A DNA stretch of 64,000 nucleotides from the human T2T-CHM13v2.0 reference genome, Homo sapiens, in the NCBI RefSeq assembly GCF_009914755.1, contig NC_060938.1; one strand, 5' to 3'. Of this stretch, positions 1-12,425 are shown piece after piece. The notes below the pieces were generated by a model. That model was not told the origin of the DNA, ran no database searches, and saw only the letters and a program-made list of their open reading frames with translations. Each line of letters opens with the position of its first letter. Position 1 is the first letter of the stretch. The position numbers and the translations under genes are program-made.

Positions 1-3000
1 TAAAAGTCTTGAATGGTGGGTGTGTTAGGAAAGTTTAAGTCTGGAATGTAGAAAGAGATGAACTCTAAGGATTTTCTAAGTTATTAATTGTTAGAATTCA
101 TTTTGTGTTGTATCTGGGATTTTGTTTGTTTTAAACAGTACAGCATCACCTCACATAGTTTTAATTTATGTAGCCAGGGAAATATAAAAGACACTTCTTT
201 TACTAACTAACAAAGAATTGTCCCTCTTTTCTGTCATTTTTGAATCAAACTGACCTAGACTTTTAATAATTTTTGTTTACATAAAAAGAAGAAAAATGCT
301 AATAATACTTCCTTACTTTTATATTTTGCATATCGGAAAGGATTACAACAAGAGAAGTACTGAAAAATGTTTTCTAAATTCATTGATTCAGAAAATATTT
401 ACTGAGCAAATATTATGTACCAGGCTCTATAACAAGGTACTAACAGCAGATTTACAGCAGATAAAGAGAGAAAGAATATGGTTGTTTACAGCTCTAAATT
501 TAAGAATGTAAAATGTGACCACCTATCAAATCACATAGTCTTGGAATTTCCTTCTGTGTACTTGCTCTCTGCTCTCTTAAAAGAAAAAACTTTATTCTTA
601 TTCATTAGGATAAGTTTCAACTTTATAACTTAGTAAGAAAAAGTATATCTATGTCTCCAACTCAGGTGGGGCCATTTGAAGTTCTTCATAAATGTATAAA
701 AAGACAAGGGCTTTGGTTTTCTTGTAGGTCTGAAATGAATCCATTACATTAAAATGACTTTTAGTAACAAGAGCAAGTAATGATTTGTATTATAAGTTAA
801 TAAAATGGGGGTTTAGGCATATTTGTACAATAAGGTCTTTTTAAATTCACTTGTATAGACATTCCCTCTCACTCCTGCTTAAATGAACTTGGAAGATTGT
901 TCATCATTCAGTATTGTTTAAATTACAAGGCACAAATCTGTCATCTGATTTTAAAATATTTTTCTCCCTTGGTAATGTAGATGACTAATGTCTATCTTTA
1001 TTCTTCAAGGAATATGATAATGTGATAACATAATTTGGGGAAAATTAGTTTTTTAATATCTCACATCTAAAGACCCCTTGGCATATTAGAAAATATATTA
1101 TTCTTCTAAAAATACATTTTGCTAGCCCTCCTGGCCACTCATACTTCGATAAACTGTGCCTTTCTTTTCTGTTCAAAAAGTGCCACAAGGCCTCTCATAC
1201 AAGCCAGTCCCTTTCACTGATGAAACCAGCCTACTTTCCATGGTATCTAATAATAAATGTTACGGCTTTGCCTTTAGTGATGGTAGTTCATTTTAGATCC
1301 CCAAACCACTTCCAATGTAAGAGTATGAGAAAAGAGCCTATCTACCAACAAAGGGAACCCAGGATGCCTTGTCTCAGCCTTACAATTCTTTTATGTTACA
1401 TTCCCAGATTTTACGTCCTCAAGAACACAACACTAATATTTGAGAGAGATGTGTTTTGCTTTTACAATGCCCCTGTATGCAAGATACCTGCTTGTTTTAA
1501 TTTGAAGAAGAAAAAAACTATGTTTATCTAATTTCAATTTCACATTACTCTGAAAATTGAGTACCTAAATCTTATCCATGTAGTAATAATTTCTCTATTG
1601 GAGTAATTGTTAAAAGCCAGAAGTTTGCTCTGTCGAAAAAAAGTGATAGTCCTCCAAATTTCATTGAAAGCTCTTGATTTTTTCCCCTTATTATTGTCTG
1701 ATAAGGGAAACTCTTCCTGATTTTTGTTCCCTATTAGTAATGAGAATCCCACTTCTATTTGTGACGGTTTTCAAAACTAGAACTATCAAGTAATGCGCTT
1801 AAACTTACTTTCCAAGGAAACTGAGTGAGAGCTCCTATACCTAAGTCACCTCTTATCATTCCCCTCCTTGCCCTTCCCAGAATGAATTCCCCCAGTGATT
1901 TATTATATGAGATAGCCGACTTAGAGATGGGGCTGACTGGTGGACCTGCCCACTGCCACTGAAGTTTTCCTCATACACTTTACATGCTCCCACAGGATTT
2001 CATGAGTGATTCACTCCTCTCCATGTCTCCTGGCAGCTAAATGGGAATATTGGAGAGCTGCCAGAGGGGTAGGTAGCCAACCTGCTTGCCCTTAATTGTG
2101 CCTGCCAGCTTTTTAATAACAGAAGTAGGGTCAAGTAAGTGAAATCATGAACTGAGGAGAGTATTCTGAGAATGCAAAGGCAGTTAATGTCCTTCCAAGC
2201 CTCAGATGGCTGGCAACCCTTGGCAGAGTAATCTATGATTTGTGGCACCTGACCCTTCCACTGTGACTGTTATCTGTGTATTCACTAGAAACATATTTAC
2301 AGAATCTCTCCATTAGCAAAGATGCCTTGTGTGTGATTACCCAATTGTCATGGTCACACTAGGGTTTTGATACAGTTCCTATTCACAAATGAAAAACTGC
2401 ACTAAACTACACACAGAATTGGTTTGAAGCAGGAATCCTCAATCAAGAGACCAAGACTTCTGGTAAATCTCAAAGAGATTATTACACCACGGCCTTGCTC
2501 CCCTTCCTCTCTAAAACTCCTTTCCCACCTCCCCACCACCCAATCTCAAAACAGAGGCTCTCTCACTTATTCCCTTGAATTCTTAAAGATTCTTAATAAA
2601 GTTAAGAGTAACTAGCTATAAGAATGACCTAAAGAGGTGGGTCTGTTTTTAAGCAGACTGCACCTCAGAAACTATTGGAAGAGAGGGCTCCCTGCTTAAA
2701 CCAGTTTCTATGGCTCTGCATTTACATAATACTAAGTCTCAGCAAAGTGTTTCCTCCTCAAATTTTTTTAGTCAGGAATACAGATAGAGATAGGTTGTAG
2801 GCTGACTTTATTCTTACGGAATTAAACACAATAATTTTTTTAAAATATCTTCTTTGAGGCAAGTGACCACGAGAGCACCTGTTATTTAAAAGTTTATTGG
2901 GTAGTTTAAAAAGCGGTGTCTCCCTCTTCCCCCTTCAAAAATAAATGGCATTGAAGTCCTCCGTTTCTCTTGTTTAGATCCTGCGGTTGGCTCGCTCATG

Positions 3001-3249
3001 AATATTAACTGAGAAAGGTGAAGCAGTAATTTAGGGAATCGAATCAAACTCACTAGGAGCAAAGAAGTGGTCCTGAATCAAAATGGAATAAACGATAACC
3101 CAGAGTCATTGTCAAGTCTCCCAAATGAAGAGATGTTCTGGGTAAATAAAAGTGACAAAGTCGTACCACATAAACAAATGTAGAAGATAGATGCCCCAGA
3201 TCAAGAAATACTACTAAAGTGACCTGACTTGACAGTAATTGCAGGCAGC

Positions 3250-3880
3250 TTTTGAGAACTGCATCGGGGTTAAACGGCAGAGATCCTGACGACCTGGGCG
3301 ACCGTCCCTGCGCAGCCCGGCGGGAGGCTGCGCCCAGAATCCTGGGCTTTGGGCCTCTGGGGCCCGGCGAGGAGATGAAGAAGTCAAGCCTCGAGCTCTC
3401 CGGAGGTTCGATGGCCGCCGGGCCAGTGCGGGCTCAGAGGAAGACCCTGCAAAAAAGAGCGCTCGCCCCCACCCCTGGAGCCGACCCTGCGCAGTAGGGC
3501 CGCAGCCGGTCCCCGCGGGCAGCTCAGCGGGCGCGGGCGGGAGGCTCCCGGAACGCAGGCTGAGGTCAGGCTGACCACGCCGCCTCCTCAGTCGCCGTAT
3601 CGCGGGGCTGGCGGCCAGCGCCTTAGAAGAGCCTGCTCCGCCGCAGGAAGAAAGACGCCCGACAGGCGCCCACTGCCCGAACCCACGCGGGGGCCAGTCA
3701 GCCAGCGGGCCGTGTTGGGAAAGCTCCGCGCGGCGGCGGGACATAGGATCCCCATCGGGGACCTGGGCGACGGCCTGAGCTTGGGCGCCCCTCCAGCTGG
3801 GCGTCATCTCCACACAGTTCTTCCCTTGCGCCGCGAATTCAGCCCCTGTGAAGACGCTTTGGGCATTGGCGAGCAACAGG
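3250..3880. promoter_or_regulatory. CpG island
   Basis: Very high GC and CpG density compared with the AT-rich flanks. Confidence 0.8.
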
Positions 3881-4659
3881 GGAAAAAACGAGTCACTTAA
3901 ATGGGAGAAGGAAGGGGATGGTCATGAGGACTTGGAGGAAACCACACGGAAAAGAAATCCTCATCACTACCAAAAGCATTTCTAAGAAGTCCTAAGGTTT
4001 TATGCCTGGAGATTTCACTTTAAAAGCTGGAAAAAAATTATTCCACTGCTTTTAATTGAAGTAAACAAAGTGCAACAAATCCTAACTCAAATATGATTGC
4101 AGGGAGATTAGGGTCTAATTGCTTAGGGTTCAGGTGGAATCTGTGGGCTAAATCCTACAGGGCCAATCTGAATTTCACAATCATTCTGTCAAAAGGAGAG
4201 CGATGAGAGCCCACACGCTTCCTAACAAGTCATTTTTAACAGTTACAAGCTTCGCACAAAGACCACACAGGGCGTCTAAGAGATGCAAATCTAATCCCTG
4301 GTCATTCTACAGGCCTTCAACAAAGATGTGCTAAACCCTAATAGAAAAGAAATCAGTTCTCTGTCACCAGCCCCTGGTAAAATCTATTAGAGAATGGACA
4401 GAGCCGCATCTACAGCAGTTGCTGCAAAGGTTAAGGACAAGTACAAATAAGAGGGACCCAGTTTTGTTTTCCGTGTGAAATATCGGGAGAAGCTAACCCC
4501 CAAAGAGTGACGGGATTCAATCCGTGGCTTCGCATTCATTTGAATGCTAGAAAAAATAAACACACATTAAGACTTTTGAAGGCTCCATTTCTGAATTCAA
4601 GAGAGATGAAACAAATTCGCCCAAAAGATAGAAATCTTTGCCTCGGAAATTATCGGAGA

Positions 4660-5540
4660 ATATTAACGGAGAGGGAGGGGAGCGCGCGGGTCGCCGAGGA
4701 AGGACGCGGGTACGGCCCCTTGCTTTGGGGTGGCAGAGCCGGGCTCAGGAGCCAGCCAAGCTGACTTCGCGAGGTGGCGCCTGGGCCTTTCGGGGGAAAG
4801 CCCCGACGGCGGAGCCGCGGCTGGGCGGGGACTCAAATGCTGGCGGCCTCTGGGCTGGGGCCGAGCAGGGGGTGCCGACCGCGGGAAGTCTGGGCGGCCG
4901 CCCTCCCACCCAGACGAGCCGATGCTGGGCCGCGGTCCCTCTCAGCTACCTCGCTTGCCCGCCTCGGGGCCCCTGGAGAGGGGTCTGTGCCTCCCAGGCA
5001 GGGAAGCGTCTTGATGTGCACCCCGGCGTTCACCAACCAAATAAGGGCCTCGCTCACACAGTCGATGTCATGCTGGGTATTAAAAGGGTTGTGCTGCAGC
5101 TAAAATATCTCACAGTGTGTGTGAACCTCATAAAAGGGAGGACCCGGATTCCAAGCCCCTCGAAGTCCCCAAGCAGCCTGGAGGGTGGGGGACTCCCCTC
5201 TCCTTCTCTCCACACTGAGCCCCCGGGCAAGCCCAGGCCTCCTCCTGCGCCGGGGTCCCCGGGCTCCGAAACTGCGAGAGCCCTGCGGAGCCCGGCCAGA
5301 GGGGCAGAGGGTGGGGGCTGGGGGCGGGGACCTGGGGGGTGCAGCCCAGCCAGAACCCGCGGCCTAGCCTGATCGCGGGGAGCCGGGATCCGCCTTCCAT
5401 CCTGGGAAACGACTCGGGTTAGGGAAGCGGGATGGGCTCCGCTCGGAGTTCCCAGGCAGCTGGGGCGCCCTCCAAGTGACGCCTTTGTCCAGGCTGCGCT
5501 CGCGGAGAATAAAGGGGGCGCTGTCCAACCTCAGGTTCGG
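4660..5540. promoter_or_regulatory. CpG island with an embedded AT-rich motif patch (5030-5140)
   Basis: Dense CpG. Contains CTCF-like TCGCGAGGTGGCGC (4767-4780) and a CArG box CCAAATAAGG (5037-5046). Confidence 0.75.
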
Positions 5541-7569
5541 GGAAAACCAAGGAACCAAGGGACTCTTTTTCTAAAATGCCCTCTCCAAACTACAGGGAGG
5601 AGGAATGGGACACGTGTGCAGAAAAAGAGTTTTGCCTGTCTCCACAGAAGTTTCTAGAAGCTATTTCCTCTCCCCTTGGCCTTGCCCTCTGCCCCCAGGT
5701 TCCCTTGAATATGTTCCTCCACGGGGTACAGAACCCGGAGCGATCCAGGATGGAGGAGCAGGCTGGAGTTCGGCTGGCGAACTCCCAGTCCTGACCCCTG
5801 GGCTCCACAGTCTTTCAATTTGCTCTGGCAGGACAGTCCCCCTTCTTAAAGCCCGGAAGAAGGGAAGGCAAGCTTTGCTAGTTTTTGCCCCTCAGCTCAG
5901 AGACAGACTGCCATACACACATCTGCTTCCCCCTTATCCCTCTCTATGCCCCTCCAGGGGAGGCATATGCCTTGGGTCCCGGCTGTACTCCCTCCTCCCC
6001 ATCTACTGACATTAATTGATTTTCTCCAGGCTGCGGCTTCTCTTTGCTTCTATCGTTTTTCTCCCTAGTCCTTTGATAGGCTGACCTTGGCTCTTCTCTG
6101 GTCTTCTTACTCCCCAACTGGTCTCCCATATGGACCTTACTGGCTTTCATTCTTTATTACTTAGCCTATCCACTTTCTCTACTTTTCCTTTTAGTACTGA
6201 CATTAGGATAAACAATACCGAATTGCCTATAAAGTAGGATTGCAGCCATGACTGGAGTTGGACAAGAAAGCAAAGAAAACATCGGCATTGGAATAAAGAA
6301 ATGGAAAATGGGGAAGGATGAAGAAACAGAAGAAAAGTAGATAATAAAGTCACACCAGGTTGTAAATACAAGAATAAGATGCTTGATGTTCCTGCACATG
6401 ATCTTGGGGTCCTAATGAGGGTCTCACATACCTACACTGGGGAGGCAGGAGGGGTCTCCCTGAGGAGGGCAGGGTGAAGTTTCTTCTCCCTGACTGGGAT
6501 TGCACCTGAAGACTTGGGCTAGCGAGCCGCTGTATATCCTGGATCCGGGAAGGTGTGAAGGGATCAACCACCACTTCTAGAAATAGTCATGTGGGCAATA
6601 TATCTCTATGGGGTTTTCAGATGGCTGCAACTTCCTACCCTGGATCTCTGCTGCTCTTGGGCACCACATTCCTGTCCACCCAGCCAAGCCTGGTCTGAGG
6701 CTGTGTCCTTAGTCAGGGGAGCCTGTTTCCCTTTCCCCTGGCAGACTAGGTCCTGTGGGTCCCAGCGTCCTCTTCACCTCCTGCCAGTTGTAGGAGTTCT
6801 GTCCTCCCATTTTGCGGAACCAGGGAGCCTGTGGGAGGCCTTACCTCCACTGCCAGCCCCACCTCACCCCAGGGCAGATTAGTGCCTCTGAGCCACTCAA
6901 TTATCCGCAGGATGGGTGGGGGGGGGGGGGGGCGGGGAGGGGAATCTAGAATTTATAGCTGGGGGTGGAAGGCGCAGTGAGGGAGGTACAGGGAGGAAGA
7001 GTGAAATATTTAGATCTTTGGGGTTCCTGCCATTTGGCCCCTATTAAAGAGAACCCTGGGGCTTTTAGAATGAGTTTTGCATGAAATTGAACAAGCAGGG
7101 CCATGAGCTGTACAGAATCCCACCTCCATCCCCCAACATACACACACCTTATTTATTGGTTCTTCTGAGATCTTCCCAGACGCAAAAACTCTTTACAAGG
7201 ATATCAAAAAATACAACACCTGCCTACGAGGCACCACTTTGAGGAAGCTAATAAATTACCCCCCTTTGAAACAAAAATGGAATCAGCATTAAGCACATAC
7301 TATTATTAGGTTGAGTTTCAGTCTCCTAGAAAATTCGTTAGATGTTGATATCTGGGGAGAGAAGGAATCTCTCTTTTCCTTAAGAAAATTCACGAGGGAA
7401 ACAGCAGTAGTTCGCTGGCTTTGTTTGGTTTCGTTTATTTGTACAAAGAAAGATTGTGCGTTAAGATCTTTTTTAAAAATCCCTGCAAGTTAGAGTTTGC
7501 ATCATCGTCGTGACCTAGTGAACTAATATTTGTATATTCTGGGATCGAAATTCCGAGGAAGTTTCTGCT

Positions 7570-8165
7570 CTTCCGCACACCAGACTTGCCGGTGTGGTCT
7601 CCAGGAGGGGTTGGGGGCCGCGTCCTCAGGGGGCGCGCGGCCGAGGCTGTTCCCAGCGCGGGAACGGGAGGGAGAACCTGGGCAGGGGCGGGGCGGGGCG
7701 GGGCGCGGGGACCTGGGTACGCGGAGACGCGGGGCGGGCGGGGGCCGAGAGCGAGGCTGCCGGCTGGGTGTTGGGAGAGAGGCCGCGGGTGGACGGGGTA
7801 AGGACTGGGACTGGGGAGACTGAGAGCTGGGGGGTGCGGGGAGGATGAGGCTGCGGACAGGAAACGAAGGGCCTGGGACAGCTGCTTCTCTTGGTCCTAG
7901 AAACCAAACTTTCGTAGCGAGAGACCCTAAGACAGCTCGAGATTTCAAGTGTCCACACTTCTAGTTTAGACATTTGGCAACCAATTCGGAACAGCCGGGC
8001 CGCGAGGGGCCCCCAGGTCTTTGGCGGCGTCGTTGGGAGGCCGCGGAGTTGTCCCTGGGCTTCCCTGAAGGCCCCGCAGACTCCCCGCCAGTCCCGGCCA
8101 CACCCAGCCAGGGCTTTGCAGCTCCAGCCTGAGAATGTTAGCCCCGGCAACCCCTTCTGGCGGTT
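7570..8165. promoter_or_regulatory. CpG island with tandem GC boxes
   Basis: GGGGCGGGGCGGGGCGGGGCGCGGGG at 7685-7710 (overlapping Sp/KLF sites, G4-capable) and dense CpG. Confidence 0.75.
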
Positions 8166-10884
8166 GTTCCCTTAAAAACCAATTCATTTTTTCCATCAAG
8201 TCTTCTACCCAATGGGTAGACTCTTCGTTAAATGACTGTTAACCAGTACTGAGGAGAAGCACAATCAACATAGTTTCTCTGTCACCTTTCTTGCCGGTTT
8301 TTTCCTCCCAACCATGGAGTCTCCATTTTCTAAGCAATTAAATTATATATTCAACAGGAACATTCCATTTAAAATGGTTCGGGACAGAAGACTGATGCAC
8401 AAGGTCTGAAGCTGGAAGAAAATATTTAGTGCTTGCCTACAGATTCTGTCACCCATCATCTGCTCGGAATGCGCTCCGTATCTTTCAGCGTGTCCGGCTC
8501 TTATGATTGCAAATGGCCCTGTTTTCAAATGGAAATAAGACTTGCAAACTGATTATGTGTATTGAATCAGAATCACTCGCTAGATCCTCTTGTTTAAAAT
8601 GTATTGAAAAAAGGATGATGGGTGCAGACCTCTGTAACCAGCTCTGTCTCTTCTCTGGGAGGTCGATCTATTTTGCAACTTTTTGCCATTTGAGCGTGTT
8701 TCAGCCAGATAATTACGTTGCCATTGTGTTACCGGCCCAAAGCTCAGACAGGGTACACACACCACCTCCCAGCCGTCTCCCAGGCCCTCCCCACTAGGAT
8801 CACCCCCTAAACACCACAGGCACATGACACAGTCATCCACCACCATCCCCACCTCCCCATCACTGTGACCCAGCTATATATAACCAGCACTTCTCAGCTG
8901 CCACAACCGCCCTCAGAAGCCCACACACTTTCACCAGGAATAGTTGTTTCTGTTTTCTCCCAGTATCCTTTCCGGCCCCCTTTCTCTCTTCTGTCTTTCC
9001 AATGAGCAGAACCACATACACAACCCCCAAATAGCTTTCACAGGCACACCACCAATGCAATCTAAGTATTTAGCCATGTTGAGAATTTTCAACAACTAAC
9101 TGTGTTGATGTGGCATTGTAATTGTTAGAAAATGGTTAATACAGGAAGGTTACTGTGAACATGTTTGTATGCTACCACATACCTCAAAGGGTTTCTCTTT
9201 CTCTTTACCCCTACCCAGTGCTAAATGATGGCCATGAGTGGGTTGGCTTTTTGTTAAATATTTCCAAAAACTTCTTCTGTTTGATTTCAGTACGAAGCCA
9301 ATGGACTATGTAGATGTGTAGAGAGATGTCTGAGTTTTATCTATTGCGTGAGTTGTAGGTATGATACAATGCAGCACTTCCAAAGTTTACTGCACCCAGG
9401 TCGAGGCTCAGGAGTCCTGTCAGGGAACAGTGCTGCCAGGGAGTAGTAATCGACATTTCAGTTAATACTGCCAGGTCACAGGGCAGTAACGAACTAGCTA
9501 CAATTTCTGTCTGCTGTGGCTTGAGGTAGGAATGTGTGCTGTGTGCACCACGGTGGTTTGACAGTTGCAATTCTTTCTGAAGTAGAATCAGAAGGGAAGG
9601 AAGAAGCTGCCACTGCCCAGCCCCCCAGGCCCTTAGTCCCACCCCAGGCCTTGCAGACCTTGAGGCACCATCAAGTGGCCAGGCAGAGAGAGAGATTTAA
9701 TCCTCTGCGGCTTGAGTCTCCTCTAGAAGTCTGTCGCTGCAAGTCTGTTTAGAGACCTAATGCTCTGGAAGCGTCTGTTGGGACCATAACTTTGCGAGGT
9801 TCGCTTTACACATAGGCATATCCAGTTCCTTAGACATTGACTGGGTCTCCTGGGTTGCGGCAGAGCGTGCAGTCAGCTCAGAGGAACTAGCTCTCGGTCC
9901 TCTTAGTGTCATTATGGTAATTCACAGGTTTACTTCTGCGCGCGCGCACTCAGCCCCGTGTGTGCTGCTGAGATCAGGTAAATCAGTAGCACGCGGGCCA
10001 AATAAAGCCTTGTTTTCCTAGAGCTTTGGACTTTTAGAGCAGCAGCATTAGGAGGGAGAATGCTAGGCAAGGCAGACGCTAACCTGTTGTGGGTCATTTT
10101 CCATAGACTGGATCCAGAGCACAGGGACAGGGGAAGGATATCCAAAGATACTTGGTGGCCTGATAGCTCTGATTTTATATAAATGAATGATCAACAATCA
10201 CCAATACTCTAGAAATAGAATGTTTGACACTCCACCAACAGTCTGCTGTTACTAGCAGCAAGATCTAACAATCAAAGACCGGATTCCCCAGAAATGTGTG
10301 AAATAGAGGGGAAAAGGGAGAAGAAAAAAAATTTGTCTTTTTCCTTGTTGTCAGACAACACTCAGACCTGCATTCTTATTTCCACTACTATGTGAAGGCT
10401 TAAAGTGTGAAATCAAGAGGACGTTTGCAACAAATGCGGAGCAGAAACAGTTTTCATTTGTTCGTTGCTGTTGTTGCCCCAGGGCGGTAGTATTTATACC
10501 AGTGATTTTTATAGATGGATAATAGAAGTTCGGCAAGGGACAATTTTTTTGTTGTTGTTATAGAATGTCTCAAAAAGTCTTATCCACAGCTGTGTCTCAG
10601 ACACCAAGTTCAAATTATTTAGGAATAAATTTTAAAATTTCCTAAAACATAATTAGTTATCCAGAGTTTCACATGACAATAAATAAATATTCTGACTTAA
10701 AGTGGGTAAAACTAAAGGGTTTTGGTCTATTTGAATTTTTCAAGGAAACTTTTTCATGAGACACCTTAATTGAGGTAGTGAATTTATTCAATGTTCTTGA
10801 ATCTAACAGGTTCTGTAAAATCTCTGAGAATTCTATATTACAGTTTTTGAATATCTTATAAAATAGATATATGTGTGTAAGATA

Positions 10885-11099
10885 GATACATATGTATATA
10901 TACATGTGTATAAGAGATACATATGTATATATACATGTGTATAAGAGAGATACATATGTATATATACATGTGTATAAGAGAGATACATATGTATATATAC
11001 ATGTGTATAAGAGAGATACATATGTATATATACATGTGTATAAGAGAGATACATATGTATATATACATGTGTATAAGAGAGACACATATGTATATATAC
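10885..11099. repeat. 33-bp AT-rich minisatellite, ~6.6 copies
   Basis: Unit GATACATATGTATATATACATGTGTATAAGAGA. Copies start at 10885, 10916, 10949, 10982, 11015, 11048 and 11081 (partial). It explains the 11-aa periodic ORFs. Confidence 0.95.
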
Positions 11100-12383
11100 C
11101 TCTATACACACATACATATATACATAGAAATCTGTGTGCAATCACTTACAAAGTAGGCAGAATCAGATGTGGATTTTAGGTGGGAGGCAAGAGTTTTCTT
11201 TAACAAGTCCTTTGCCTGCCACATTTATGTTATGTTTTATTTATATTTCAGGCAGAGCACTAACAGTGATCAATTTATGTTGAAGGGTCCTGCAAATAAC
11301 AAAAATAGATAAAACAGGAAAATGAATTTAAATCTCACCCTTTCCAAAACTTTGCTACAACTCATAATAACAAGGGTAATAAATGCTTACGAAGCAGAGG
11401 TCAAACGGGAAACATTAGCAAACGAGGAGAGGCGCAGGAGCCCAGGATCATGCCTCGATGCCCACCAAGTTGGGCATTAGGTCACTATCAGAGAGAAATG
11501 CAGCCAGCCACTTCAGCTATGGCTTCAGCTGAGGCAAAAGCTGTGCTGCCAAGTTGCTGAACCTGCTCTTTCTCCGTTCCTTTGAGATTCATTAAAGAAA
11601 GTTCAGAAACACAACTACATGAGGTGAGGATAAGGGCATATGCAGACCCCCTTCAATAAAACTTACTTTCATCTACTCCCATCCATATCCAAATCCCTCA
11701 GCTTGGGTGGACAAACTTTCCAGAGAGGGTGACTGAAAATAAGATACTCCTTCTAGAAACAACTGGCCGAAGGGGCACCAGAAAACTTTCTATGCTCCAA
11801 GTTGAGGTAAGCTACCAAATTGGGCCCCACAGAGGGTGGCCTGAAGTCTCAGAAACACAGCTGCACAAGGAGGAACGCGTCAGCCAGAAGGCAGGGAGAG
11901 CCAGAGGAACATGGTGTCCAGCGTCTCCTAACCAGGATCTAGCCGAGCAGAGAAAACATTCAGCCTCCTCCCTCCCAATACCCGTGTCTGTCACTTTCTT
12001 TCCATTCAAAAAGAAAGTCCTAGTTGAACTAAACAAGCCAGTAACCCATGCCTAAGAATCATATCATCTCAGATTCTCATCTCCCAATGGGCTTTCTAGT
12101 TCTCCACAAATAAAATCGTCTACTCTGCTTCCTCGCGCTAATAATTGGGGGGTGGGGAGCAGGGAAGGGAGAGCGATGTCTGGAGACATATGATCAGAAT
12201 TCAAGGCAGCTTCTCACAACTCTCTTGTTTATAGAAAATGAATGTCTGCCTGGCTTGCTTTTAGTTCAGAAAAGGGGTCAGTCTTTATCAGCACGGTTCA
12301 CACAGATCCTGGATTTTTTTTCCCTTATCTTAAATTGACCCGCTTTTAAGATAAAGACATAATAGAGAAAGCATTGACCTTAC

Positions 12384-12425
12384 CTGGTCCCTAATGAGTT
12401 GGAAGTCAGAAAACCCGGCTCTCAT
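12384..12425 (-). CDS. SFTA3: SFTA3 first coding segment (MRAGFSDFQLIRDQ); coding status debated, locus is the orthologue of the mouse lncRNA NANCI
   Basis: ATG at 12425-12423, then 14 codons and the donor CAG|GTAAGG at 12384/12383. Matches the N-terminus of the annotated SFTA3 peptide as I recall it. Further exons were not identified in this window. Confidence 0.8.

Noticed and set aside
3214-5400. 220-aa and 244-aa ORFs in CpG islands
   Set aside because: Low-complexity Arg/Gly/Pro/Ala translations are expected from stop-poor GC-rich DNA, and no domain is recognisable.
10669-11179. Repetitive ORFs (YTCIYTYVSLL)n and a possible CRISPR-like array
   Set aside because: These are head-to-tail 33-bp units with no unique spacers in a eukaryotic intron. 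The ORFs are by-products of the minisatellite.
1-12383. Further SFTA3 coding exons
   Set aside because: I could not find sequence encoding the recalled continuation of the peptide. It probably lies beyond the left edge, so none is annotated.
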